Below, one piece after another: positions 1 through 13,400 of a stretch of DNA of 64,000 nt. Made by a program: the position numbers and the translations under genes. Within the stretch, counting starts at the first letter, position 1. Every line of letters begins with the position of its first letter. Location of the stretch: the NCBI RefSeq assembly GCF_009914755.1, contig NC_060925.1. The stretch is one strand, 5' to 3'. Origin of the DNA: the human T2T-CHM13v2.0 reference genome, Homo sapiens. The notes beneath the pieces are model-generated. The model did not search any database and was not told where the DNA came from. It saw nothing but the letters and a program-made list of their open reading frames with translations.

Positions 1-705
1 TGGAAATGAAAGGAGTCATCATCTAATGGAATTGCATGGAATCATCATAAAATGGAATCGAATGGAATCAACATCAAATGGAATCAAATGGAATCATTGA
101 ACGGAATTGAATGGAATCGTCATCGAATGAATTGACTGCAATCATCGAATGGTCTCGAATGGAATCATCTTCAAATGGAATGGAATGGAATCATCGCATA
201 GAATCGAATGGAATTATCATCGAATGGAATCGAATGGAATCAACATCAAACGGAAAAAAACGGAATTATCGAATGGAATCGAAGAGAATCATCGAATGGA
301 CCCGAATGGAATCATCTAATGGAATGGAATGGAATAATCCATGGACTCGAATGCAATCATCATCGAATGGAATCGAATGGAATCATCGAATGAACTCGAA
401 TGGAATCATCATTGAATGGAATCGAATGGAATCATCGAGTGGAATCGAATGGAATTATGATCAAATGGAATCGAATGTAATCATCATCAAATGGAATCAA
501 AAATAACCATCATCAATTGGTATTGAATGGAATTGTCATCAAATGGAATTCAAAGGAATCATCATCAAATGGAACCGAATGGAATCCTCATTGAATGGAA
601 ATGAAAGGGGTCATCATCTAATGGAATCGCATGGAATCATCATCAAATGGAATCGAATGGAATCATCATCAAATGGAATCTAATGGAATCATTGAACAGA
701 ATTGA
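1..705 (+). repeat. Partial short (1,063-type) unit carrying the 713-bp internal deletion
   Basis: B at 111 to next A at 706 is 595 bp instead of 1,308. Junction CATCGAATGAACTCGAATGGAATCATCATTG near 391. Confidence 0.88.
546..551. other. EcoRI site marking unit phase (one per unit)
   Basis: AAATGGAATTCAAAGG at 541-556. The next site is at 2322-2327, 1,776 bp away, the size of the classical 1.77 kb EcoRI fragment. Confidence 0.9.
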
Positions 706-2481
706 ATGGAATCGTCATCGAATGAATTGAATGCAATCATCGAATGGTCTCGAATGGAATCATCTTCTAATGGAAAGGAATGGAATCATCGCATAGAATC
801 GAATGGAATTATCATCGAATGGAATCGAATGGTATCAACACCAAACGGAAAAAAACGGAATTATCGAATGGAATCGAAGAGAATCTTCGAACGGACCCGA
901 ATGGAATCATCTAATGGAATGGAATGGAATAATCCATGGACTCGAATGCAATCATCATCGAATGGAATCGAATGGAATCATCGAATGGACTCGAATGGAA
1001 TAATCATTGAACGGAATCGAATGGAATCATCATCGGATGGAAACGAATGGAATCATCATCGAATGGAAATGAAAGGAGTCATCATCTAATGGAATTGCAT
1101 GGAATCATCATAAAATGGAATCGAATGGAATCAACATCAAATGGAATCAAATGGAATCATTGAACGGAATTGAATGGAATCGTCATCGAATGAATTGACT
1201 GCAATCATCGAATGGTCTCGAATGGAATCATCTTCAAATGGAATGGAATGGAATCATCGCATAGAATCGAATGGAATTATCATCGAATGGAATCGAATGG
1301 AATCAACATCAAACGGAAAAAAACGGAATTATCGAATGGAATCGAAGAGAATCATCGAATGGACCCGAATGGAATCATCTAATGGAATGGAATGGAATAA
1401 TCCATGGACTCCAATGCAATCATCATCGAATGGAATCGAATGGAATCATCGAATGGACTCGAATGGAATAATCATTGAACGGAAACGAATGGAATCATCA
1501 TCGGATGGAAATGAATGGAATCATCATCGAATGGAATCGAATAGAATTATGGAATGAAATCCAGTGTGATCATCATCGAATGGACCCGAATGGAATCATC
1601 ATCCAACGGAAGCTAATGGAATCAACATCGAATGAATCGAATGGAAACACCATCGAATTGAAACGAATGGAATTATCATGAAATTGAAATGGATGGACTC
1701 ATCATCGAATGGATTCGAATGGAATCATCGAATAAAATTGATTGAAATCATCATCGAATGGAATCGAATGGTATCATTGAATGGAATCGAATGGAATCAT
1801 CATCAGATGGAAATGAATGGAATCGTCATAGAATGGAATCGAATGGATTCATTGAATGGAATCAGATGGAATCATCGAATGGACTGGAATGGAATCATTG
1901 AATGGACTCGAAAGGGATCATGATTGAATGGAATTGAATGGAATCATCGAATGGTCTCGATTGGAATCATTATCAAATGGAATCGAATGGAATCACCGAA
2001 TAGAATCGAATGGAACAATCATCGAATGGACTCAAATGGAATTATCCTCAAATGGAATCGAATGGAATTATCGAATGCAATCGAATGGAATTATCGAATG
2101 CAATCGAATAGAATCATCGAATGGACTCGAATGGAATCATCGAATGGAATGGAATGGAACAGTCAATGAACACGAATGGAATCATCATTGAATGGAATCG
2201 AATGGAATCATCGAGTGGAATCGAATGGAATTATGATCAAATGGAATCGAATGTAATCATCATCAAATGGAATCAAAAATAACCATCAACAATTGGTATT
2301 GAATGGAATTGTCATCAAATGGAATTCAAAGGAATCATCATCAAATGGAACCGAATGGAATCCTCATTGAATGGAAATGAAAGGGGTTATCATCTAATGG
2401 AATCGCATGGAATCATCATCAAATGGAATCGAATGGAATCATCATCAAATGGAATCTAATGGAATCATTGAACAGAATTGA
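706..2481 (+). repeat. Canonical 1,776-bp higher-order unit (A 706-1173, B 1174-1677, C/D 1678-2481)
   Basis: Landmarks recur at 706, 1174, 1678 and 2482. A and B are near-identical paralogs offset by 468 bp (A: TTCTAATGGAAAGG; B: TTCAAATGGAATGG). Once-per-unit motifs include GAAATCCAGTGTGATC, AATAAAATTGATTGAAATC, GGAACAGTCAATG and CAAAAATAACCATC. Confidence 0.93.
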
Positions 2482-4599
2482 ATGGAATGGTCATTGAATG
2501 AATTGAATGCAATCATCGAATGGTCTCGAATGGAATCATCTTCTAATGGAAAGGAATGGAATCATCGCATAGAATCGAATGGAATTATCATCGAATGGAA
2601 TCGAATGGTATCAACACCAAACGGAAAAAAACGGAATTATCGAATGGAATCGAAGAGAATCTTCGAACGGACCCGAATGGAATCATCTAATGGAATAGAA
2701 TGGAATAATCCATGGACTCGAATGCAATCATCATCGAATGGAATCGAATGGAATCATCGAATGGACTCGAATGGAATAATCATTGAACGGAATCGAATGG
2801 AATCATCATCGGATGGAAACGAATGGAATCATCATCGAATGGAAATGAAAGGAGTCATCATCTAATGGAATTGCATGGAATCATCATAAAATGGAATCGA
2901 ATGGAATCAACATCAAATGGAATCAAATGGAATCATTGAACGGAATTGAATGGAATCGTCATCGAATGAATTGACTGCAATCATCGAATGGTCTCGGAAT
3001 CATCTTCAAATGGAATGGAATGGAATCATCGCATAGAATCGAATGGAATTATCATCGAATGGAATCGAATGGAATCAACATCAAACGGAAAAAAACGGAA
3101 TTATCGAATGGAATCGAAGAGAATCATCGAATGGACCCGAATGGAATCATCTAATGGAATGGAATGGAATAATCCATGGACTCGAATGCAATCATCATCG
3201 AATGGAATCGAATGGAATCATCGAATGAACTCGAATGGAATCATCATTGAATGGAATCGAATGGAATCATCGAGTGGAATCGAATGGAATTATGATCAAA
3301 TGGAATCGAATGTAATCATCATCAAATGGAATCAAAAATAACCATCATCAATTGGTATTGAATGGAATTGTCATCAAATGGAATTCAAAGGAATCATCAT
3401 CAAATGGAACCGAATGGAATCCTCATTGAATGGAAATGAAAGGGGTCATCATCTAATGGAATCCCATGGAATCATCATCAAATGGAATCGAATGGAATCA
3501 TCATCAAATGGAATCTAATGGAATCATTGAACAGAATTGAATGGAATGGTCATCGAATGAATTGAATGCAATCATCGAATGGTCTCGAATGGAATCATCT
3601 TCTAATGGAAAGGAATGGAATCATCGCATAGAATCGAATGGAATTATCATCGAATGGAATCGAATGGTATCAACACCAAACGGAAAAAAACGGAATTATC
3701 GAATGGAATCGAAGAGAATCTTCGAACGGACCCGAATGGAATCATCTAATGGAATGGAATGGAATAATCCATGGACTCGAATGCAATCATCATCGAATGG
3801 AATCGAATGGAATCATCGAATGGACTCGAATGGAATAATCATTGAACGGAATCGAATGGAATCATCATCGGATGGAAACGAATGGAATCATCATCGAATG
3901 GAAATGAAAGGAGTCATCATCTAATGGAATTGCATGGAATCATCATAAAATGGAATCGAATGGAATCAACATCAAATGGAATCAAATGGAATCATTGAAC
4001 GGAATTGAATGGAATCGTCATCGAATGAATTGACTGCAATCATCGAATGGTCTCGGAATCATCTTCAAATGGAATGGAATGGAATCATCGCATAGAATCG
4101 AATGGAATTATCATCGAATGGAATCGAATGGAATCAACATCAAACGGAAAAAAACGGAATTATCGAATGGAATCGAAGAGAATCATCGAATGGACCCGAA
4201 TGGAATCATCTAATGGAATGGAATGGAATAATCCATGGACTCGAATGCAATCATCATCGAATGGAATCGAATGGAATCATCGAATGAACTCGAATGGAAT
4301 CATCATTGAATGGAATCGAATGGAATCATCGAGTGGAATCGAATGGAATTATGATCAAATGGAATCGAATGTAATCATCATCAAATGGAATCAAAAATAA
4401 CCATCATCAATTGGTATTGAATGGAATTGTCATCAAATGGAATTCAAAGGAATCATCATCAAATGGAACCGAATGGAATCCTCATTGAATGGAAATGAAA
4501 GGGGTCATCATCTAATGGAATCGCATGGAATCATCATCAAATGGAATCGAATGGAATCATCATCAAATGGAATCTAATGGAATCATTGAACAGAATTGA
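2482..4599 (+). repeat. Two tandem 1,059-bp short units (713-bp deletion plus 4-bp deletion)
   Basis: A starts at 2482, 3541 and 4600. Both units have GGTCTCGGAATC instead of GGTCTCGAATGGAATC, and junctions at ~3226 and ~4285. Confidence 0.9.
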
Positions 4600-7434
4600 A
4601 TGGAATCGTCATCGAATGAATTGAATGCAATCATCGAATGGTCTCGAATGGAATCATCTTCTAATGGAAAGGAATGGAATCATCGCATAGAATCGAATGG
4701 AATTATCATCGAATGGAATCGAATGGTATCAACACCAAACGGAAAAAAACGGAATTATCGAATGGAATCGAAGAGAATCTTCGAACGGACCCGAATGGAA
4801 TCATCTAATGGAATGGAATGGAATAATCCATGGACTCGAATGCAATCATCATCGAATGGAATCGAATGGAATCATCGAATGGACTCGAATGGAATAATCA
4901 TTGAACGGAATCGAATGGAATCATCATCGGATGGAAACGAATGGAATCATCATCGAATGGAAATGAAAGGAGTCATCATCTAATGGAATTGCATGGAATC
5001 ATCATAAAATGGAATCGAATGGAATCAACATCAAATGGAATCAAATGGAATCATTGAACGGAATTGAATGGAATCGTCATCGAATGAATTGACTGCAATC
5101 ATCGAATGGTCTCGAATGGAATCATCTTCAAATGGAATGGAATGGAATCATCGCATAGAATCGAATGGAATTATCATCGAATGGAATCGAATGGAATCAA
5201 CATCAAACGGAAAAAAACGGAATTATCGAATGGAATCGAAGAGAATCATCGAATGGACCCGAATGGAATCATCTAATGGAATGGAATGGAATAATCCATG
5301 GACTCGAATGCAATCATCATCGAATGGAATCGAATGGAATCATCGAATGGACTCGAATGGAATAATCATTGAACGGAAACGAATGGAATCATCATCGGAT
5401 GGAAATGAATGGAATCATCATCGAATGGAATCGAATAGAATTATGGAATGAAATCCAGTGTGATCATCATCGAATGGACCCGAATGGAATCATCATCCAA
5501 CGGAAGCTAATGGAATCAACATCGAATGAATCGAATGGAAACACCATCGAATTGAAACGAATGGAATTATCATGAAATTGAAATGGATGGACTCATCATC
5601 GAATGGATTCGAATGGAATCATCGAATAAAATTGATTGAAATCATCATCGAATGGAATCGAATGGTATCATTGAATGGAATCGAATGGAATCATCATGAG
5701 ATGGAAATGAATGGAATCGTCATAGAATGGAATCGAATGGATTCATTGAATGGAATCAGATGGAATCATCGAATGGACTGGAATGGAATCATTGAATGGA
5801 CTCGAAAGGGATCATGATTGAATGGAATTGAATGGAATCATCGAATGGTCTCGATTGGAATCATTATCAAATGGAATCGAATGGAATCACCGAATAGAAT
5901 CGAATGGAACAATCATCGAATGGACTCAAATGGAATTATCCTCAAATGGAATCGAATGGAATTATCGAATGCAATCGAATGGAATTATCGAATGCAATCG
6001 AATAGAATCATCGAATGGACTCGAATGGAATCATCGAATGGAATGGAATGGAACAGTCAATGAACACGAATGGAATCATCATTGAATGGAATCGAATGGA
6101 ATCATCGAGTGGAATCGAATGGAATTATGATCAAATGGAATCGAATGTAATCATCATCAAATGGAATCAAAAATAACCATCATCAATTGGTATTGAATGG
6201 AATTGTCATCAAATGGAATTCAAAGGAATCATCATCAAATGGAACCGAATGGAATCCTCATTGAATGGAAATGAAAGGGGTCATCATCTAATGGAATCGC
6301 ATGGAATCATCATCAAATGGAATCGAATGGAATCATCATCAAATGGAATCTAATGGAATCATTGAACAGAATTGAATGGAATGGTCATTGAATGAATTGA
6401 ATGCAATCATCGAATGGTCTCGAATGGAATCATCTTCTAATGGAAAGGAATGGAATCATCGCATAGAATCGAATGGAATTATCATCGAATGGAATCGAAT
6501 GGTATCAACACCAAACGGAAAAAAACGGAATTATCGAATGGAATCGAAGAGAATCTTCGAACGGACCCGAATGGAATCATCTAATGGAATAGAATGGAAT
6601 AATCCATGGACCCGAATGCAATCATCATCGAATGGAATCGAATGGAATCATCGAATGGACTCGAATGGAATAATCATTGAACGGAATCGAATGGAATCAT
6701 CATCGGATGGAAACGAATGGAATCATCATCGAATGGAAATGAAAGGAGTCATCATCTAATGGAATTGCATGGAATCATCATAAAATGGAATCGAATGGAA
6801 TCAACATCAATTGGAATCAAATGGAATCATTGAACGGAATTGAATGGAATCGTCATCGAATGAATTGACTGCAATCATCGAATGGTCTCGGAATCATCTT
6901 CAAATGGAATGGAATGGAATCATCGCATAGAATCGAATGGAATTATCATCGAATGGAATCGAATGGAATCAACATCAAACGGAAAAAAACGGAATTATCG
7001 AATGGAATCGAAGAGAATCATCGAATGGACCCGAATGGAATCATCTAATGGAATGGAATGGAATAATCCATGGACTCGAATGCAATCATCATCGAATGGA
7101 ATCGAATGGAATCATCGAATGAACTCGAATGGAATCATCATTGAATGGAATCGAATGGAATCATCGAGTGGAATCGAATGGAATTATGATCAAATGGAAT
7201 CGAATGTAATCATCATCAAATGGAATCAAAAATAACCATCATCAATTGGTATTGAATGGAATTGTCATCAAATGGAATTCAAAGGAATCATCATCAAATG
7301 GAACCGAATGGAATCCTCATTGAATGGAAATGAAAGGGGTCATCATCTAATGGAATCGCATGGAATCATCATCAAATGGAATCGAATGGAATCATCATCA
7401 AATGGAATCTAATGGAATCATTGAACAGAATTGA
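4600..7434 (+). repeat. 1,776 + 1,059 bp pair; duplicate of 706-3540
   Basis: A starts at 4600, 6376 and 7435. Rare variants are shared with 706-3540 at offset 3,894. Confidence 0.87.
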
Positions 7435-10400
7435 ATGGAATCGTCATCGAATGAATTGAATGCAATCATCGAATGGTCTCGAATGGAATCATCTTCTAAT
7501 GGAAAGGAATGGAATCATCGCATAGAATCGAATGGAATTATCATCGAATGGAATCGAATGGTATCAACACCAAACGGAAAAAAACGGAATTATCGAATGG
7601 AATCGAAGAGAATCTTCGAACGGACCCGAATGGAATCATCTAATGGAATGGAATGGAATAATCCATGGACTCGAATGCAATCATCATCGAATGGAATCGA
7701 ATGGAATCATCGAATGGACTCGAATGGAATAATCATTGAACGGAATCGAATGGAATCATCATCGGATGGAAACGAATGGAATCATCATCGAATGGAAATG
7801 AAAGGAGTCATCATCTAATGGAATTGCATGGAATCATCATAAAATAGAATCGAATGGAATCAACATCAAATGGAATCAAATGGAATCATTGAACGGAATT
7901 GAATGGAATCGTCATCGAATGAATTGACTGCAATCATCGAATGGTCTCGAATGGAATCAACTTCAAATGGAATGGAATGGAATCATCGAATAGAATCGAA
8001 TGGAATTATCATCGAATGGAATCAACATCAAACGGAAAAAAACGGAATTATCGAATGGAATCGAAGAGAATCATCGAATGGACCCGAACGGAATCATCTA
8101 ATGGAATGGAATGGAATAATCCATGGACTCGAATGCAATCATCATCGAATGGAATCGAATGGAATCATCGAATGGACTCGAATGGAATAATCATTGAACG
8201 GAATCGAATGGAATCATCATCGGATGGAAATGAATGGAATCATCATCGAATGGAATCGAATAGAATTATGGAATGAAATCCAGTGTGATCATCATCGAAT
8301 GGACCCGAATGGAATCATCATCCAACGGAAGCTAATGGAATCAACATCGAATGAATCGAATGGAAACACCATCGAATTGAAACGAATGGAATTATCATGA
8401 AATTGAAATGGATGGACTCATCATCGAATGGATTCGAATGGAATCATCGAATAAAATTGATTGAAATCATCATCGAATGGAATCGAATGGTATCATTGAT
8501 TGGAACCGAATGGAATCATCATCAGATGGAAATGAATGGAATCGTCATAGAATGGAATCGAATGGATTCATTGAATGGAATCAGATGGAATCATCGAATG
8601 GACTGGAATGGAATCATTGAATGGACTCGAAAGGGATCATGATTGAATGGAATTGAATGGAATCATCGAATGGTCTCGATTGGAATCATTATCAAATGGA
8701 ATCGAATGGAATCACCGAATAGAATCGAATGGAACAATCATCGAATGGACTCAAATGGAATTATCCTCAAATGGAATCGAATGGAATTATCGAATGCAAT
8801 CGAATGGAATTATCGAATGCAATCGAATAGAATCATCGAATGGACTCGAATGGAATCATCGAATGGAATGGAATGGAACAGTCAATGAACTCGAATGGAA
8901 TCATCATTGAATGGAATCGAATGGAATCATCGAGTGGAATCGAATGGAATTATGATCAAATGGAATCGAATGTAATCATCATCAAATGGAATCAAAAATA
9001 ACCATCATCAATTGGTATTGAATGGAATTGTCATCAAATGGAATTCAAAGGAATCATCATCAAATGGAACCGAATGGAATCCTCATTGAATGGAAATGAA
9101 AGGGGTCATCATCTAATGGAATCGCATGGAATCATCATCAAATGGAATCGAATGGAATCATCATCAAATGGAATCTAATGGAATCATTGAACAGAATTGA
9201 ATGGAATGGTCATCGAATGAATTGAATGCAATCATCGAATGGTCTCGAATGGAATCATCTTCTAATGGAAAGGAATGGAATCATCGCATAGAATCGAATG
9301 GAATTATCATCGAATGGAATCGAATGGTATCAACACCAAACGGAAAAAAACGGAATTATCGAATGGAATCGAAGAGAATCTTCGAACGGACCCGAATGGA
9401 ATCATCTAATGGAATGGAATGGAACAATCCATGGACTCCAATGCAATCATCATCGAATGGAATCGAATGGAATCATCGAATGGACTCGAATGGAATAATC
9501 ATTGAACGGAATCGAATGGAATCATCATCGGATGGAAACGAATGGAATCATCATCGAATGGAAATGAAAGGAGTCATCATCTAATGGAATTGCATGGAAT
9601 CATCATAAAATGGAATCGAATGGAATCAACATCAAATGGAATCAAATGGAATCATTGAACGGAATTGAATGGAATCGTCATCGAATGAATAGACTGCAAT
9701 CATCGAATGGTCTCGGAATCATCTTCAAATGGAATGGAATGGAATCATCGCATAGAATCGAATGGAATTATCATCGAATGGAATCGAATGGAATCAACAT
9801 CAAACGGAAAAAAACGGAATTATCGAATGGAATCGAAGAGAATCATCGAATGGACCCGAATGGAATCATCTAATGGAATGGAATGGAATAATCCATGGAC
9901 TCGAATGCAATCATCATCGAATGGAATCGAATGGAATCATCGAATGGACTCGAATGGAATAATCATTGAACGGAATCGAATGGAATCATCATCGGATGGA
10001 AATGAATGGAATCATCATCGAATGGAATCGAATAGAATTATGGAATGAAATCCAGTGTGATCATCATCGAATGGACCCGAATGGAATCATCATCCAACGG
10101 AAGCTAATGGAATCAACATCGAATGAATCGAATGGAAACACCATCGAATTGAAACGAATGGAATTATCATGAAATTGAAATGGATGGACTCATCATCGAA
10201 TGGATTCGAATGGAATCATCGAATAAAATTGATTGAAATCATCATCGAATGGAATCGAATGGTATCATTGAATGGAATCGAATGGAATCATCATCAGATG
10301 GAAATGAATGGAATCGTCATAGAATGGAATCGAATGGATTCATTGAATGGAATCAGATGGAATCATCGAATGGACTGGAATGGAATCATTGAATGGACTC

Positions 10401-13400
10401 GAAAGGGATCATGATTGAATGGAATTGAATGGAATCATCGAATGGTCTCGATTGGAATCATTATCAAATGGAATCGAATGGAATCACCGAATAGAATCGA
10501 ATGGAACAATCATCGAATGGACTCAAATGGAATTATCCTCAAATGGAATCGAATGGAATTATCGAATGCAATCGAATGGAATTATCGAATGCAATCGAAT
10601 AGAATCATCGAATGGACTCGAATGGAATCATCGAATGGAATGGAATGGAACAGTCAATGAACGCGAATGGAATCATCATTGAATGGAATCGAATGGAATC
10701 ATCGAGTGGAATCGAATGGAATTATGATCAAATGGAATCGAATGTAATCATCATCAAATGGAATCAAAAATAACCATCATCAATTGGTATTGAATGGAAT
10801 TGTCATCAAATGGAATTCAAAGGAATCATCATCAAATGGAAAAGAATGGAATCCTCATTGAATGGAAATGAAAGGGGTCATCATCTAATGGAATCGCATG
10901 GAATCATCATCAAATGGAATCGAATGGAATCATCATCAAATGGAATCTAATGGAATCATTGAACAGAATTGAATGGAATCGTCATCGAATGAATTGAATG
11001 CAATCATCGAATGGTCTCGAATGGAATCATCTTCTAATGGAAAGGAATGGAATCATCGCATAGAATCGAATGGAATTATCATCGAATGGAATCGAATGGT
11101 ATCAACACCAAACGGAAAAAAACGGAATTATCGAATGGAATCGAAGAGAATCTTCGAACGGACCCGAATGGAATCATCTAATGGAATGGAATGGAATAAT
11201 CCATGGACTCGAATGCAATCATCATCGAATGGAATCGAATGGAATCATCGAATGGACTCGAATGGAATAATCATTGAACGGAATCGAATGGAATCATCAT
11301 CAGATGGAAACGAATGGAATCATCATCGAATGGAAATGAAAGGAGTCATCATCTAATGGAATTGCATGGAATCATCATAAAATGGAATCGAATGGAATCA
11401 ACATCAAATGGAATCAAATGGAATCATTGAACGGAATTGAATGGAATCGTCATCGAATGAATTGACTGCAATCATCGAATGGTCTCGGAATCATCTTCAA
11501 ATGGAATGGAATGGAATCATCGCATAGAATCGAATGGAATTATCATCGAATGGAATCGAATGGAATCAACATCAAACGGAATAAAACGGAATTATCGAAT
11601 GGAATCGAAGAGAATCATCGAATGGACCCGAATGGAATCATCTAATGGAATGGAATGGAATAATCCATGGACTCGAATGCAATCATCATCGAATGGAATC
11701 GAATGGAATCATCGAATGGACTCGAATGGAATAATCATTGAACGGAATCGAATGGAATCATCATCGGATGGAAACGAATGGAATCATCATCGAATGGAAT
11801 CGAATAGAATTATGGAATGAAATCCAGTGTGATCATCATCGAATGGACCCGAATGGAATCATCATCCAACGGAAGCTAATGGAATCAACATCGAATGAAT
11901 CGAATGGAAACACCATCGAATTGAAACGAATGGAATTATCATGAAATTGAAATGGATGGACTCATCATCGAATGGATTCGAATGGAATCATCGAATAAAA
12001 TTGATTGAAATCATCATCGAATGGAATCGAATGGTATCATTGAATGGAATCGAATGGAATCATCATCAGATGGAAATGAATGGAATCGTCATAGAATGGA
12101 ATCGAATGGATTCGTTGAATGGAATCAGATGGAATCATCGAATGGACTGGAATGGAATCATTGAATGGACTCGAAAGGGATCATGATTGAATGGAATTGA
12201 ATGGAATCATGGAATGGTCTCGATTGGAATCATTATCAAATGGAATCGAATGGAATCACCGAATAGAATCGAATGGAACAATCATCGAATGGACTCAAAT
12301 GGAATTATCCTCAAATGGAATCGAATGGAATTATCGAATGCAATCGAATGGAATTATCGAATGCAATGGAATAGAATCATCGAATGGACTCGAATGGAAT
12401 CATCGAATGGAATGGAATGGAACAGTCAATGAACTCGAATGGAATCATCATTGAATGGAATCGAATGGAATCATCGAGTGGAATCGAATGGAATTATGAT
12501 CAAATGGAATCGAATGTAATCATCATCAAATGGAATCAAAAATAACCATCATCAATTGGTATTGAATGGAATTGTCATCAAATGGAATTCAAAGGAATCA
12601 TCATCAAATGGAACCGAATGGAATCCTCATTGAATGGAAATGAAAGGGGTCATCATCTAATGGAATCGCATGGAATCATCATCAAATGGAATCGAATGGA
12701 ATCATTGAACAGAATTGAATGGAATCGTCATCGAATGAATTGAATGCAATCATCGAATGGTCTCGAATGGAATCATCTTCTAATGGAAAGGAATGGAATC
12801 ATCGCATAGAATCGAATGGAATTATCATCGAATGGAATCGAATGGTATCAACACCAAACGGAAAAAAACGGAATTATCGAATGGAATCGAAAAGAATCTT
12901 CGAATGGACCCGAATGGAATCATCTAATGGAATGGAATGGAATAATCCATGGACTCGAATGCAATCATGATCGAATGGAATCGAATGGAATCATCGAATG
13001 GACCCGAATGGAATAATCATTGAACGGAATCGAATGGAATCATCATCAGATGGAAACGAATGGAATCATCATCGAATGGAAATGAAAGGAGTCATCATCT
13101 AATGGAATTGCATGGAATCATCATAAAATGGAATCGAATGGAATCAACATCAAATGGAATCAAATGGAATCATTGAACGGAATTGAATGGAATCGTCATC
13201 GAATGAATTGACTGCAATCATCGAATGGTCTCGGAATCATCTTCAAATGGAATGGAATGGAATCATCGCATAGAATCGAATGGAATTATCATCGAATGGA
13301 ATCGAATGGAATCAACATCCAACGGAAAAAAACGGAATTATCGAATGGAATCGAAGAGAATCATCGAATGGACCCGAATGGAATCATCTAATGGAATGGA

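Noticed and set aside
1731-1736. AATAAA polyadenylation-like hexamer once per full unit
   Set aside because: It is expected by chance in A-rich sequence, has no GU/U-rich downstream element, and no transcript evidence is available.
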